A DNA stretch of 64,000 nucleotides from Fidelibacterota bacterium (GCA_049975265.1 JBNGDF010000005.1:18654-82653); one strand, 5' to 3'; positions 47,590 to 59,301 are shown, numbered from the stretch's first letter. Made by a program: numbers and translations. The notes: generated by a model from the letters alone, not told the origin.

Positions 47590-50301
47590 ATGAGTAAAAA
47601 TATCGGATACGCTGCTTTGGTTTTCATTGCCCTGTTCCAGTTTGGCTTTTCCGGGACTACCGGGAAAATCAGCGGAAAAATCGTGGACGGTACGACGGGC
47701 GATCCGATTATTGGAGCCAATATCTATCTTCAAAACACAGACTACGGCGCCGTTTCCGACGCTGAAGGTAGCTACTTCATCATCAATATCCCACCGGGTA
47801 CGTACGATATTGTCTGCTCCTTTATCGGTTATGAGAAAACGATCTATACCGGTGTGGTGGTTAACCTGGACCGGACGACCACAGTCAATTTTACTATCAA
47901 GCCGCAAACCATACAGGGCAAAGAGGTGGTGGTGGTTGGTCAACGTACCCTGGTCGAAATGGACCGGACCAACTCAGCGGCGTATGTTTCTTCCGAGAAC
48001 ATCGAGACGATGCCGGTCCAGGAAGTCGATGATCTCATTCAGCTGCAGACCGGTGTTGTCAGGGATGCCTCCGGTGCATTTCATATTCGGGGCGGGCGTG
48101 CCGGTGAAATTGCCTATCTGATTGACGGTGTGGCGGTTACTGACCAGTATAACGGCGGCAGCTCGATTGGTCTGGAAAACAGCTGGGTTCAGGAATTGCA
48201 GGTGATCAGCGGTACCTTTAACGCCGAATACGGGCAGGCGCAATCGGGCATTGTAAATATTGTGACAAAAGAGGGAGCGAAAAAATTTAAGGGCAGAGTG
48301 TCGGTCTCAGCGGGTGATTACATATCAGCACACAATGATGTTTTCATGAACATAGACTACCTAAATGTCGGCGAAAAGGACCTGAATTTTAACCTTCAGG
48401 GACCATTGCCGGTTTTACCACAGGGGTCTTTTTATACATCCACCCGTTATTATCAGACCGACGGCTGGTTGTACGGTCAGCGCCGCATCAGGATTGAAGA
48501 TACGGTGCCGATCCAGGCATTTATGAACGAGGCGTATAAAACCGAAACTGAGGACCAGAGATTGTACGGCATTAAAGTACCTGACTCGCTAATGACCGGT
48601 GACGGAGCCTACATCCCGTTAAACGGAAAAGAGAAATTCTCCATTTACGGTAAGCTAACGACCAAACTAGGTTCAGCCAAGCTTAACTATTCGCTTTTTT
48701 ACAACGATGATGAAAGTAAAAGCTACAGCGATGCCCGCCGGTATGCACCCGATGGAGTACGGACCAATTACGGTACCAGTTTTAACCACCTATTCAGTCT
48801 GAATCATGTATTGAGCAACAGTACGTTTTATACGTTGAATTTTACAAATTATTCTAAAAATACCCAGGCTTACCTCTTTAAGGATCCCCTGGATCCACGG
48901 TATCAGGGATCTCCTTATTCAACGGACGGTTTTTATTTCGGCGGAACCCAGAACGGTCGTTACGATATAACCCGTTCGGCATTATCCCTTAAACTGGACC
49001 TGACCAGCCAAATCAATACGGCAAATCAGATTAAAGGTGGATTTGAATTTAAACAACATAATTTGGACTATTTTATCCAGGAGACCGTAGCCGAAGGACC
49101 GGTGTATGAAAAAGCGCATCTAAAACTACCAATTCGTGAGACCACGATGTTTAACCAGTATGTTGTCAAGCCCCGGGAAGCAGCAGTCTACCTCCAGGAT
49201 AAAATGGAGCTCATTGAGATCATTATGAATATCGGTCTGCGGTATGATTATTGGGATCCGAATGCGTTAGTTCCCGACAGTCTGCGAGCCCCGGCGGATT
49301 CCGGTACGATTTGGCTCGGATCACCGCTTTCCGATGCAAAAACCAGATCACAAATCAGCCCCCGCTTCGGATTGGCATTCCCAATCTCCAATGAAGGTGT
49401 TGTGCACACTTCTTACGGTCATTTTTTTCAGCTGCCGCGTTTCGAATATATTTATAATAATTATGAGTACGAAATCGAACTCGGTAAATTGAAAACCAAG
49501 ATGGGTAACCCGAATTTGAAACCGGAAAAAACAGTCTGTTATGAAGTGGGCTTACAGCAACAGCTGATGGGAATTTTCGCACTGGACTTAACCATCTATT
49601 ATAAGGACATTACAAACCTTTTAAGTCAGGAAATTATTTCGACCATTGATGACAAAGCCTACGCGCGGTTCATCAATCGAGACTACGGCAATGTAAAGGG
49701 ATTTACACTGTCCTTTAAAAAGGGGTATGGTTATAACGATTTTGTGTCGGCTTCGGTGGATTATACCTATCAGGTCGCCCGGGGCAATGCTTCAGACCCG
49801 AATGCCGTCTTTCTGGATTTTCAATCGGACCCGCCGAAGGAGACCGAAAAGCAGGTATTACCGTTAGATTGGGATCAGACCCACACGTTTAATGCCTCGA
49901 TAGCCGTCGGGAATCCCTCGGATTGGAACCTGGGAATAATCGGACGGTATGCAACTGGTCAGCCCTATACCCCCGTGAGTCCGGGAAGTGCACTGTCAAC
50001 CCAGTTTGAAAACAGCGACCGCAAGCCGGTAACCTATAATATTGATATGACTTTTTATAAGTATTTATCGGTAATGAATTATAAAGTCAAACTGTTTTGC
50101 AAAGTATTCAACCTGACCGATCGGTTGAATGAGATCACCGTTTATGAAGGTACGGGACGCGCCGGTTACACCTATCGAACCATGGCAACTTACCATTTGT
50201 TGCAGAAGAACCCGAATTTTACAATTGAAGAGATTGATCTCCGTCCGGATTACTATTCTGAACCACGGCGCGTACTGATCGGTTTAGCTGTTGATTTTTA
50301 G
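47590..50301 (+). CDS. TonB-dependent receptor, copy B (intact)
   Basis: Signal peptide, GTTGKISGKI carboxypeptidase-regulatory-like domain, plug FHIRGGRAGEIAYLIDG, NAEYGQAQSGIVNIVTKEG, GNPNLKPEKT, terminal F. Confidence 0.9.
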   Translation: MSKNIGYAALVFIALFQFGFSGTTGKISGKIVDGTTGDPIIGANIYLQNTDYGAVSDAEGSYFIINIPPGTYDIVCSFIGYEKTIYTGVVVNLDRTTTVNFTIKPQTIQGKEVVVVGQRTLVEMDRTNSAAYVSSENIETMPVQEVDDLIQLQTGVVRDASGAFHIRGGRAGEIAYLIDGVAVTDQYNGGSSIGLENSWVQELQVISGTFNAEYGQAQSGIVNIVTKEGAKKFKGRVSVSAGDYISAHNDVFMNIDYLNVGEKDLNFNLQGPLPVLPQGSFYTSTRYYQTDGWLYGQRRIRIEDTVPIQAFMNEAYKTETEDQRLYGIKVPDSLMTGDGAYIPLNGKEKFSIYGKLTTKLGSAKLNYSLFYNDDESKSYSDARRYAPDGVRTNYGTSFNHLFSLNHVLSNSTFYTLNFTNYSKNTQAYLFKDPLDPRYQGSPYSTDGFYFGGTQNGRYDITRSALSLKLDLTSQINTANQIKGGFEFKQHNLDYFIQETVAEGPVYEKAHLKLPIRETTMFNQYVVKPREAAVYLQDKMELIEIIMNIGLRYDYWDPNALVPDSLRAPADSGTIWLGSPLSDAKTRSQISPRFGLAFPISNEGVVHTSYGHFFQLPRFEYIYNNYEYEIELGKLKTKMGNPNLKPEKTVCYEVGLQQQLMGIFALDLTIYYKDITNLLSQEIISTIDDKAYARFINRDYGNVKGFTLSFKKGYGYNDFVSASVDYTYQVARGNASDPNAVFLDFQSDPPKETEKQVLPLDWDQTHTFNASIAVGNPSDWNLGIIGRYATGQPYTPVSPGSALSTQFENSDRKPVTYNIDMTFYKYLSVMNYKVKLFCKVFNLTDRLNEITVYEGTGRAGYTYRTMATYHLLQKNPNFTIEEIDLRPDYYSEPRRVLIGLAVDF

Positions 50302-50355
50302 AGCAAATCGTCTTGAATTTTCCTTAAAATTAAATGCGAAGGTGTAATTGAACAT

Positions 50356-53300
50356 ATGACGGGAAAGAAAAAATCAAACAAATATGGGCGGTGTCTCGCA
50401 ATACTGCTGATATCACTACTCTAGACCTGGACCGGTATATTTGCCGGTAATGAACATCGCCGGTCGGGAATCCACAACGGAAATCTGGTCAACACCCGCT
50501 TTTCCAATTTTGGGAATTTGGGTGACCGGTATAAATCGCCGCAAATGGAGTGGCCGAAAGGGACCGGATATACTTACGGTTTTGAGTTTATCATGGCTGC
50601 CGGAGGCGAAGTGGTGGATTCTGCGGGTTTCACGGTTCAGATTGTTTCCGAGAGCTATACACATCCGACCTCGCATGACATTTCACCCGATGGTACGCAT
50701 CTCTGGAACTGGCAGCCTCTGCCAGGCTATTTCGAAGAGGATATCACAATTAATAAAGATGAATTTCCGGCAATGAGTCATAAATCGGAAACCTGGCCTA
50801 AATCCTGGCCGCATGATTATCCCGGTAATCCCGGTACTCGTGCTGGGCGTTGGAATGGTGAATTTGGTGCCTATGTTCGGGCGGATCAAGAGAGCTATTA
50901 TGTGATTGATGATCGGGATAATGACGAATACGGCTATTTTCCATTCATTGGCAGTGCAATTGATTCCGGTGGCTGGTATACAGGCGGGCGCCGGGGACTT
51001 GGTCTCAAAGTAAAAGTGCGTGGATATCAATGGGCGGCTGTAGCAGCTGAGGATATTCTGATTGTCCGCTACGACTTTGAAAACTACAGTCATAAGGATT
51101 TACCGAAAGTTGTTTTTGGTATGTATGCCGATGTGATGGTGGGCGGCTCCGGTGATTCCGGTGATGATTTAGCCTATTTTGACCTGGTTGATGATATTAC
51201 CTACTGTTGGGATGCCGATGGTTTAGATATTAAAGGTCGCACGGGGATCGGTTACTTCGGATACGCCTTTTTAGAGAGTCCCGGTGATCCGCTTAATGGT
51301 CTCGATGATGACCAGGATGGTCTGATTGATGAAGAACAGGATAATGATCGAGGCAGTTATATATAAGGTCCGGTTGGAAAATTTGCTGAGGGCAATGTGT
51401 GGCATTGGTCTGGTGACGAGGATGGTGATTGGCGCAGCTATGAAGACGCCAACGGCAACGGACAATGGGATTATGGGGAGTTTATTGGTGACGATGTCGG
51501 CTCGGACGGAATTGGTCCCTACGACTACGATTATCCAGGTCCGGATACCGACGGAACAGAAGCCAATGGAATGCCGGATCAGGGAGAACCGAATTTCGGT
51601 AAAACTGATAATAATGAATCCGATCAGATCGGCTTGACCAGTTTTGTACTTAACAACGCCACCAACATGAAGGATGACCTCAGGGCATGGCGGTTCTTCC
51701 AACTGGGCTTGATTTCGACTCCTCCGGTTACAAACCTGGCGTTTTTCTATGGTTCGGGATATTTTTCCTTACCTAAAGAATGGAACCAGAAAATTTGCCA
51801 TTGCAAATCTGTTCGGAAATGACTTTGAGGATATTTTAAAGAATAAGCGCACGATGCAGAAAATTTATGATGCCGATTATAACTTTACAAAGCCGCCGCT
51901 GAAACCCAATGTCCGCGCTGTAGCACGGGACAGGAAAGTCATTTTGACCTGGGATAAGATGGCGGAACTTTCCATCGATCCGATTTACGGTTCTGACTTC
52001 GAGGGCTATCTGGTCTACCGATCCACCGATCCCTCTTTTAACGACGTCAAAACAATTACCGATGCTTACGGTAATGAGCTCTACTGGGAACCGATTGCCC
52101 AGTTTGACAAAGCCGACGGGCTGAGCGGCTTGCATCCGATTACGATTGAGGGTACGGGAGCTCATTTTCACATGGGAGATGACAGCGGCTTACAGTACCA
52201 TTATATTGACAGCACAGTGGAAAACGGGCGGCGCTATTTTTACGCTGTCTGTTCCTATGATAAAGGGTATGACGAGGATTTTTACGAGCGGGGTTTGTCG
52301 TCGGTGGCATCGCTTGCACCGGTTTACCCCACCGAATGCAGTAAAATCATTCAGATTGATGCGTTGGGGGAAGTGGAGTATGTGGATATCAATTGCGCCG
52401 TAGTGACTCCCAATGCCGGCAGCGCCGGTTATATTGAAGGGGGCATGGTGGCTGACTACGAGCACGTCGGTCTGGCGACCGGCTATCTGGATGTGGTGTT
52501 TGCTATCCCCGATGACGTTCAGGATGGACATCGTTATGAAGTAACCTTTTCTGATACCACCGGCGGTCGCTTCACCAACGGTATCTGCATCCGGGATTTA
52601 ACGGATAATGAGATTATCTATAAGAATGACTGTTACGATGAATTTGATATCAGAAGGGAAGTCCGAGAAGGTATGCGTTTTGATTTTTACAACGATTCTT
52701 CCTACGTGACCGAGCACGGCTGGCTGGTGGGGAATTGTAATCTGCCCTATCGTGTTGGTCTAACCAGCGATAACGCCAAGCGCCGCACGCTGCCGGAAGA
52801 TATTGAGATTCGGATTCTGGGAGATAATGCCGACACTTCGTTCTACAATCCACTGGACACTGAATCCAACCGCCCGGTAAATTTTCAGGTCTGGAGCACC
52901 ACCTACAACCGCAAGCTGGATTTTGCTTTTTATGAATATGTTCATAAGGACAACCGTCTTAATGGCGGCGATCAGATCAGTATTTGTCATGAAATTCAGA
53001 ATTTCGGCACCGCTTCGAAGGTTGCCTGGATTTTCAAACTGGATACCGTCGAAAATGCGATTGACCCGGAATATGGTGATATATTTTACTTTAAGGTGAC
53101 CAAGCCATTCAATGCCGATGACACCATCCGTTTTATAACGCACGGATCAAAGATAGACAAAAAGCAGGCGAAAGCGGACCTGGATGATATTTACGTAGTT
53201 CCCGATCCCTATGTGGTCAGTGCCCCCTGGGAAAAGCCGCTATTTTTTACCAGTGGCAGGGGCGAACGGCGCATTGATTTTGTCAATTTGCCGTCGGAAT

Positions 53301-53494
53301 GTATGATTCGTATCTATACGGTTTCAGGAAAACTGGTCAAGACTCTCAGGCATTCGGCGCAGATGTCCATGGGTGCCGAATCATGGGACTTGGTGTCGGA
53401 AGACGGGCTGACGGTGGCATACGGCATATATGTCTATCATGTGGAGGCTCCCGGAATCGGTTCGAAAGTGGGCAAATTTGCTTTAATAAAGTAA
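50356..53494 (+). pseudogene. Large secreted TBDR-associated protein, copy B, with two in-frame stops and a frameshift
   Basis: From ATG 50356: TAG at 50422, TAA at 51364 and one extra A at ~51776. Removing the A gives GYFSLPKNGTRKF, the same length as GYFKVMQAETRKF in copy A. Colinear with 23767-26871. Confidence 0.82.
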
Positions 53495-53520
53495 CGGTGC
53501 ATGATTGGATTGAGGATTCT

Positions 53521-54594
53521 ATGAATAAAAATCAACAAAAGTTGCTGCTGAAATTATTATTGATTGCTCTGGTTTTGATGGGTGGCTCGAGCCTGTGGGC
53601 GCAGCTGGAGGAGGAATACACCGAACTCATTTATACGGGGGAGGTCAACAAAAAGGGGTCATCCTCAGCCCAGTTTCTGGAAATCGGCATCGGCGCCAGG
53701 GCACTGTCCATGGGTAGTGCGTTTACGGCGGTGGCTAATGATGTGACCGCGCTATACTGGAATCCGGCGGGTATTACCCAGATTGACAATATCAGCGTCA
53801 CCGGTACTCATACTGAGTGGTTTGCCGACATGTCGCTGGATCATGCTGCCGGGATTGTACCGGTGGGCAACGGACAGATGGTGGGATTTGCGCTGTCGGT
53901 TTTCAATGCCATTGATAAGCAGACGGTCCGCACCGTGACGTATCCGGAAGGAACCGGGGAATACTACAGCGCCTCGGATTTGGCGCTGGCTTTGACATAT
54001 GGTCTGAGAATCACCGATCGTTTCTCCTGTGGTTTGACGGGTAAATATGTACGGCAACAGATTTGGCACATGTCGTCAGCGGGGTATGCCGTGGATATCG
54101 GTTTACTCTATAAAACACAATTAAAAGGTCTGAATCTGGGCGCCAGTATTTCCAATTTCGGGACGGATATGCGCCTGGCTGGTCGTGATGTGCGGCGGGC
54201 TCATGATGAAGACCCGATTCACTATTCAAACGATAAAATCAATGCCATGCTGGAAACCGATGCATTTCCAATGCCGCTGCTGTTTCGGTTCGGGCTGGCG
54301 TACTCTTTTTCACCTTTTAAATATAATGATTTGACGCTGGCGGTGGATCTGTTGCACCCCAGCAATAACGTGGAATACCTGAATGTGGGCTGCGAATATG
54401 CTCTGGCAAAACTGTTTTTCCTGCGCATTGGATATGAGGCGCTGTTTGATGAAGAGGCGGAAAGCGGTTTGAGCCTCGGAGCCGGCATCAACTATAAGCT
54501 GTTTCAGCAGACGGCATTGCGATTTGATTATGCGATTGTTGACTGGGGACGTCTGGCGTATGCCCAGCATTTTACCGTGGGATTATCATTTTGA
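53521..54594 (+). CDS. PorV/PorQ-family outer-membrane barrel, copy B
   Basis: GSSSAQFLEIGIGARALSMGSAFTAVANDVTALYWNPAG; terminal F; start taken at ATG 53521 after GAGG. Confidence 0.85.
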   Translation: MNKNQQKLLLKLLLIALVLMGGSSLWAQLEEEYTELIYTGEVNKKGSSSAQFLEIGIGARALSMGSAFTAVANDVTALYWNPAGITQIDNISVTGTHTEWFADMSLDHAAGIVPVGNGQMVGFALSVFNAIDKQTVRTVTYPEGTGEYYSASDLALALTYGLRITDRFSCGLTGKYVRQQIWHMSSAGYAVDIGLLYKTQLKGLNLGASISNFGTDMRLAGRDVRRAHDEDPIHYSNDKINAMLETDAFPMPLLFRFGLAYSFSPFKYNDLTLAVDLLHPSNNVEYLNVGCEYALAKLFFLRIGYEALFDEEAESGLSLGAGINYKLFQQTALRFDYAIVDWGRLAYAQHFTVGLSF

Positions 54595-54628
54595 ATAATT
54601 TTTTTAAGAAAAAACCTTGGAGGTATTT

Positions 54629-57208
54629 ATGAAAAGAAGAAATGTTACCATCGCGAACCTCTGCGTGACGTTTCTGGTGCTGGCTTTTTTTTCCGGAACA
54701 GTCACGGCCCAATGGGGCAAGGCGTTGCATTATAAATGGTGGGAGCATGACCGGCTGCTGGTTCTCCAGTCGGTGGACTATTGGCCGGAGCATGTGTATC
54801 AGGGAACGGTAGAGTGTTTCTTCAAACTGGATTCGACGTTGCGTTCGGATAATCATGGCAATACCTATACCTACATCATTTCGAAAAATCAGGGCGGTGC
54901 CGCCAAGGGCGATTTCGGGATTGCCTGGCAGACAGGGGCTGGCGATCTACACTCCTGGATTCAGGATGTAAGTAAAACCGCCTCGGTGCATACATACGAA
55001 ATTAAGGTCTGGCAACCCCGCTGGTACCATGTCGCAGTTACGTGGGATGTCAACGATTCAATGCGGATTTGGGTAGACGGTGTCCAGATGGCGGATCGAA
55101 CACCGTCAGGGCTGATTAATGATACCTATCCCCCGCTGGATGTGGAAAGTGGCAACATGCCGATTGTGATTGGAAACCAGACGACGGAACAGATGTCCAC
55201 CACCTGGGACGGCTTTCGCGGTACGATTGACGAATTCCGGATCTCCAATGTGGTTCGCTATACCGAGGATTTTGAAGTTCCCACCGAGCCTTTCATAGCG
55301 GATGCCAATACCATGGCGCTCTGGCATTTTGATGAAGGTGAGGGTTACGTCGCCCACGATGCAGCCTTCGGTCTTTTCGACGGGAAATTGGGGAATGAGA
55401 GCAATAGTTATGTTGATGCACCCCAATGGGTTGATATTGTTTATTCAGAAAAAGTGATCATTAATGAGGTTTTGCTGGATGAGCGCAATAATGATGTCAA
55501 CGGCGACGGTGTCAGTGACCTGCGGGATGAATTTGTCGAGCTGACCAACATTGCCGATAAGGCGGTGGATCTCTCCGGCTGGCAGCTGGGTGATGACGAG
55601 GCGTTGAATTTCACCTTCCCGGATGGATACATTCTTCCGCCACACAAATTTGTGACGGTGGTCGGTGGCGGAGATGTCAGCAGCCTGCCCGGATATGACG
55701 CCGATCCGCTGAAAACGGCGGTCTTTGCCGCCGATGGTACCATTGGTGACGGTCTGGATGCAGCGGGAGAATATATTATTCTGAAGTCACGTCTCGGCTA
55801 TTCTGACACCTATCTGGCGGTGGGCAGTGCCGCCTCGGCGGGTGCACCAAATTCTGCGGTGGTTGAAGGAATGGACTGGGAGTTTGCTAATGCCACGGCT
55901 GTCGCCGCCGGTCAGGGAGCTTCGATAACCCGCAGCCAGGATGCCAATACTGAGGTGGAGGATCCTTTTGCGGTGCACAGCGAAGTTGGCACCGGGAACT
56001 TTTCGGCGGGCACGACGATCGACGGTGCCGATTATTTGTCCTATGTGGTAACGATGAGCATGGACCCGGAGGGTGTGGGAACCCTTGAGATTGATACGGT
56101 CATGGCGCGTTACGAATACAACCAGGTTGTCACATTTAATACTCTGCCGATTTATGGCGAAGGTCACGCCTTCGGCTATTGGACCAATAGTGATGAAGGA
56201 TTTAAAAGCAAATTAAATCCTCTCACCATGTCCATCAATAAACCGCAGCACGTGGTGGCTCACTTTGTACCGCGAATTCAGATCACCCCCCGAATTGTCA
56301 TCAATGAGGTCAATTTTGATGTCTATAAAGATGCCAATGGCGATGGAATTATAGATTCCAACCAGGACGAGTTTATAGAGATTGCCAATATATCCAACGA
56401 CGATGTGGATATGACCGGATGGCAGGTTGGGGATGACGAAGAATTATCCTTTACTTTCCCCGATGGCTATATCATGGCACCGGGACAGATTGTTGTTATT
56501 TTTTCCGGTGGCAATATCACCGGAGTGCCCGGTTTTAATGTCAACCCGCTTAAAACCAGAGTATTTGTATCCGATGTTATTGATCGTCTTGGAAATGGTT
56601 TGAATAATACCGATGAAGCCATATTGCTGGTTTCCGCCGACGGGACGGAGGATATGTACATCCAGAACCGGGATCGCCTGTATAAGGGTGATCCCCATAT
56701 TAAATCGGCTGAAGGTATTGATTTCGAGATTCGCTTTGACGTCCGGGATTCCACCTGGAACAACAACTCGATTACGCTGTTTCCGGATGGGGACCTGAGC
56801 GAAGATGATCCCTATGTGCAGCATAAAACGGTGGCTCTAGATGACTCCTGTTTTTCACCCGGTCAGACGGTTAATTTCGAAAACTCGATTGTTGTCAGCG
56901 CGATTGATGGAACCGAATCCGGTTTACCGAAATCCTTTGCTCTGCATTCGAATTATCCCAATCCGTTTAATCCGGAAACCACCCTGCGATTTGATGTACC
57001 GGGTCGTACGAAAGTAACGGTAACGGTTTACGACATACTGGGTAAAAAGGTCGCCGTGCTGACTGACAAAGAATATGCTGCCGGGTACTATCAGATTCGC
57101 TGGGACGGACGGAACCGGAGCGGTCAGGCGGTTCCCGCCGGTGTCTATTTTTATCGTCTTCAGGCGGATAATTTCATGCAGACCAATAAGATGATTCTGC
57201 TGAAGTAG
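54629..57208 (+). CDS. Secreted LamG-like + 2 lamin-tail-domain protein with CTD, copy B
   Basis: Colinear with 28027-30624; WYHVAVTWD, IDEFRIS, LWHFDEG, two INEV...DEF.E units, SNYPNPFNP...KMILLK; GGAGG RBS. Confidence 0.8.
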   Translation: MKRRNVTIANLCVTFLVLAFFSGTVTAQWGKALHYKWWEHDRLLVLQSVDYWPEHVYQGTVECFFKLDSTLRSDNHGNTYTYIISKNQGGAAKGDFGIAWQTGAGDLHSWIQDVSKTASVHTYEIKVWQPRWYHVAVTWDVNDSMRIWVDGVQMADRTPSGLINDTYPPLDVESGNMPIVIGNQTTEQMSTTWDGFRGTIDEFRISNVVRYTEDFEVPTEPFIADANTMALWHFDEGEGYVAHDAAFGLFDGKLGNESNSYVDAPQWVDIVYSEKVIINEVLLDERNNDVNGDGVSDLRDEFVELTNIADKAVDLSGWQLGDDEALNFTFPDGYILPPHKFVTVVGGGDVSSLPGYDADPLKTAVFAADGTIGDGLDAAGEYIILKSRLGYSDTYLAVGSAASAGAPNSAVVEGMDWEFANATAVAAGQGASITRSQDANTEVEDPFAVHSEVGTGNFSAGTTIDGADYLSYVVTMSMDPEGVGTLEIDTVMARYEYNQVVTFNTLPIYGEGHAFGYWTNSDEGFKSKLNPLTMSINKPQHVVAHFVPRIQITPRIVINEVNFDVYKDANGDGIIDSNQDEFIEIANISNDDVDMTGWQVGDDEELSFTFPDGYIMAPGQIVVIFSGGNITGVPGFNVNPLKTRVFVSDVIDRLGNGLNNTDEAILLVSADGTEDMYIQNRDRLYKGDPHIKSAEGIDFEIRFDVRDSTWNNNSITLFPDGDLSEDDPYVQHKTVALDDSCFSPGQTVNFENSIVVSAIDGTESGLPKSFALHSNYPNPFNPETTLRFDVPGRTKVTVTVYDILGKKVAVLTDKEYAAGYYQIRWDGRNRSGQAVPAGVYFYRLQADNFMQTNKMILLK

Positions 57209-57237
57209 ATTGGATCTTTTAAATCTCGATCCCCGAT

Positions 57238-57267
57238 GGATGGGCGGCAATCAAAAGCCGCCCATCC
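57238..57267 (+). terminator. 11-bp stem-loop after the LamG/LTD gene of module B
   Basis: GGATGGGCGGC-AATCAAAA-GCCGCCCATCC; no T tract. Confidence 0.5.
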
Positions 57268-57330
57268 TGATGTATCAATAGTCGCATTATTTATAGAATC
57301 TGCCGTGAAAAAAGAGTATTTTACAACGTT

Positions 57331-59301
57331 ATGAAAAAGCTTGTTTTAGTAATATTGTTTATTTTTCTCACAGACGCCGATGGCAAGGTGCTGTTTCGCT
57401 ACAATTCCGACCTTACAGCCGATTCTCCGTTATAATCGTCGTTTGTGGGTAATCATATTACGGTTCAGGAATATCTGCCTGCCAGCGAAATACCCGCCAG
57501 AGGAGCCGGGGGCTGGGGCTTTCGGACGGTCCACACAACTCTGTTTAATCACGATTCCGCCTATATTCGGTGTCCCGATACCCTGCGCACATCTTTCTAC
57601 AACGATCACGATTTTTCGGCGGAGGTCTGGTTCAAGCCCGATTGCCGGAATGGGAACCTGATGACACTGCTGGATGATTACGGTGATGTGATTTTTACTC
57701 TGACCCTGAAAGACTGTATATTACATTTCCAGCGCATTCTGCAATACAAGCTCTTCGAAATACAGTCATCCGACACCTGTACCCAAAACGAGTGGAATTA
57801 TGTGCAGTGGATCAGCGGAACCGTCACTGACACGATTCGGCAGCGTCTCTATCTGAATCGCCAGCTGGTTGCCGAACAGCAGTCAGCGATTGTTCACTAC
57901 CCCATCGGCTTTGAGACCCTGTCGGGACATCTGAAAATCGGTTTCGATGCCGCGCTGGAAAGCAGCTCCTATCGCGGTGAAATATATGCAGCAGAGCTGA
58001 AAACCGAGGAATTCGGATCGGTATACAACAACGCCCATTATCCACTGGATGGCAGCGGCTACTTTGGTCTGCCCTATTACCGTTATTATCGCTCCGGTTC
58101 CGACATTTATCAAAAGCGGATCCGCGCCAGTAAGGTTCCGATCGCAGCGGCTGTTTTCGTGCCTTATTCAAACGATGGCTATATTCCACAGGGATTGACA
58201 AATACTTATGAGGACGATCAATTCACCGGTGACAGCGACATGGTGTACATCTCGCTTTACCATCGTGATATCGATGGAACGACCGGCAATCAACGCTCGA
58301 TTATTGTCGAGTTGGATTCCGGCAAAGACTATCAGGTACGGCGCTGTTTTCGGATGAACGGTGAACTGGCGACGGCGCACATGACCGCCATGGCTTACCG
58401 GGGCGGTAATATTCTGCTGACATGTGGCGGAAAAGGTTTCCGGCTTGAAATCCCGGAATACAGTGGTGCCGGCAGGGAGAAATATCAGACCCTTGGTTAT
58501 GTCTGGTCCCAGAGTATGTATTCAGCCTCCGCCACCTATTTTTCCGATACACTCTGGTGCTGTACCAAATTTGCCGATGAAGCCGGAGAAACGGCTTATC
58601 TGGCGGGTTACCCGATGAATCTGTCGGGAGTTGTTGATTTAGCGGCAAAACCGACATACTATATGCTGCCGATGTATGTTCAGGGCGCCGCCTGGACGAA
58701 ATTTCAGGGACAGGATTACCTCTTCGCCTCCTGCAGCTTCGGTGACAGGGATTCGAAATTATACCGCTACTCCAGGAGTAAGCTTTCCCGCTGGGAACTG
58801 GCGGAACCGGATACGATTTTTTACCTTCCGGCGGGAACGGAAGATGTAACCTTTAACCGAGCCGGCAATTTAATGGTCTCTTCCGAATCGTCGGCGCTCT
58901 ATTATTCCAGCCGGACGTCCAATCCCTGGTCCCAATTCTTTCCCTTCATTTTCGAAATTTCCAGGGAGGTACTATTTGCCGATCGGGTCAATGGAGGTAC
59001 GGGAACCCAATCGCAGGGTCTCAGTATACTGCCGGGGGAGTATGAGTTGGTGGCTTATCCCAATCCGTTTAATAACCGACTGAGTATTCACTACAAGGTT
59101 GGAAATGCTGTCACCAGCCTGCTCAATATTTACGATCTTCGCGGGCGGATTATTGATTCCGTTTCCCATGAAAGTGTCGATTCCAGATCGTATATACATT
59201 ATACCTGGAATCCTGAAAAACTCGCCTCCGGCGTTTATCTTATTCAATTGCTTGTGGATGATATCCCCACCCGTTCACGGAAGGTGGTCCTACTGAAATG
59301 A
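57331..59301 (+). pseudogene. Secreted LamG-like/propeller protein with CTD, copy B; in-frame TAA at 57433
   Basis: ATG 57331 MKKLVLVILFIFLTDADG (signal peptide) is in frame with ORF 57445 across one TAA. YIPQGLTN, VRRCFR, GTEDVTF, SESSA and QFFPFI are shared with 33641-35605. Confidence 0.72.

Noticed and set aside
53299..53520. N-terminal extension of PorV B in the ORF track
   Set aside because: It overlaps the upstream gene's conserved CTD; the signal peptide begins at ATG 53521.
2237..57435. Alternative genetic code or Sec/Pyl recoding to explain the in-frame stops
   Set aside because: All three stop codons occur in frame. TGA maps to Trp at 37889 but to a likely Gly at 2552. All three codons also end intact genes, and frameshifts co-occur.
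19666..59301. Assembly artefact causing the duplicated modules
   Set aside because: The paralogs differ extensively at synonymous and non-synonymous sites and in gene content, consistent with an old duplication.
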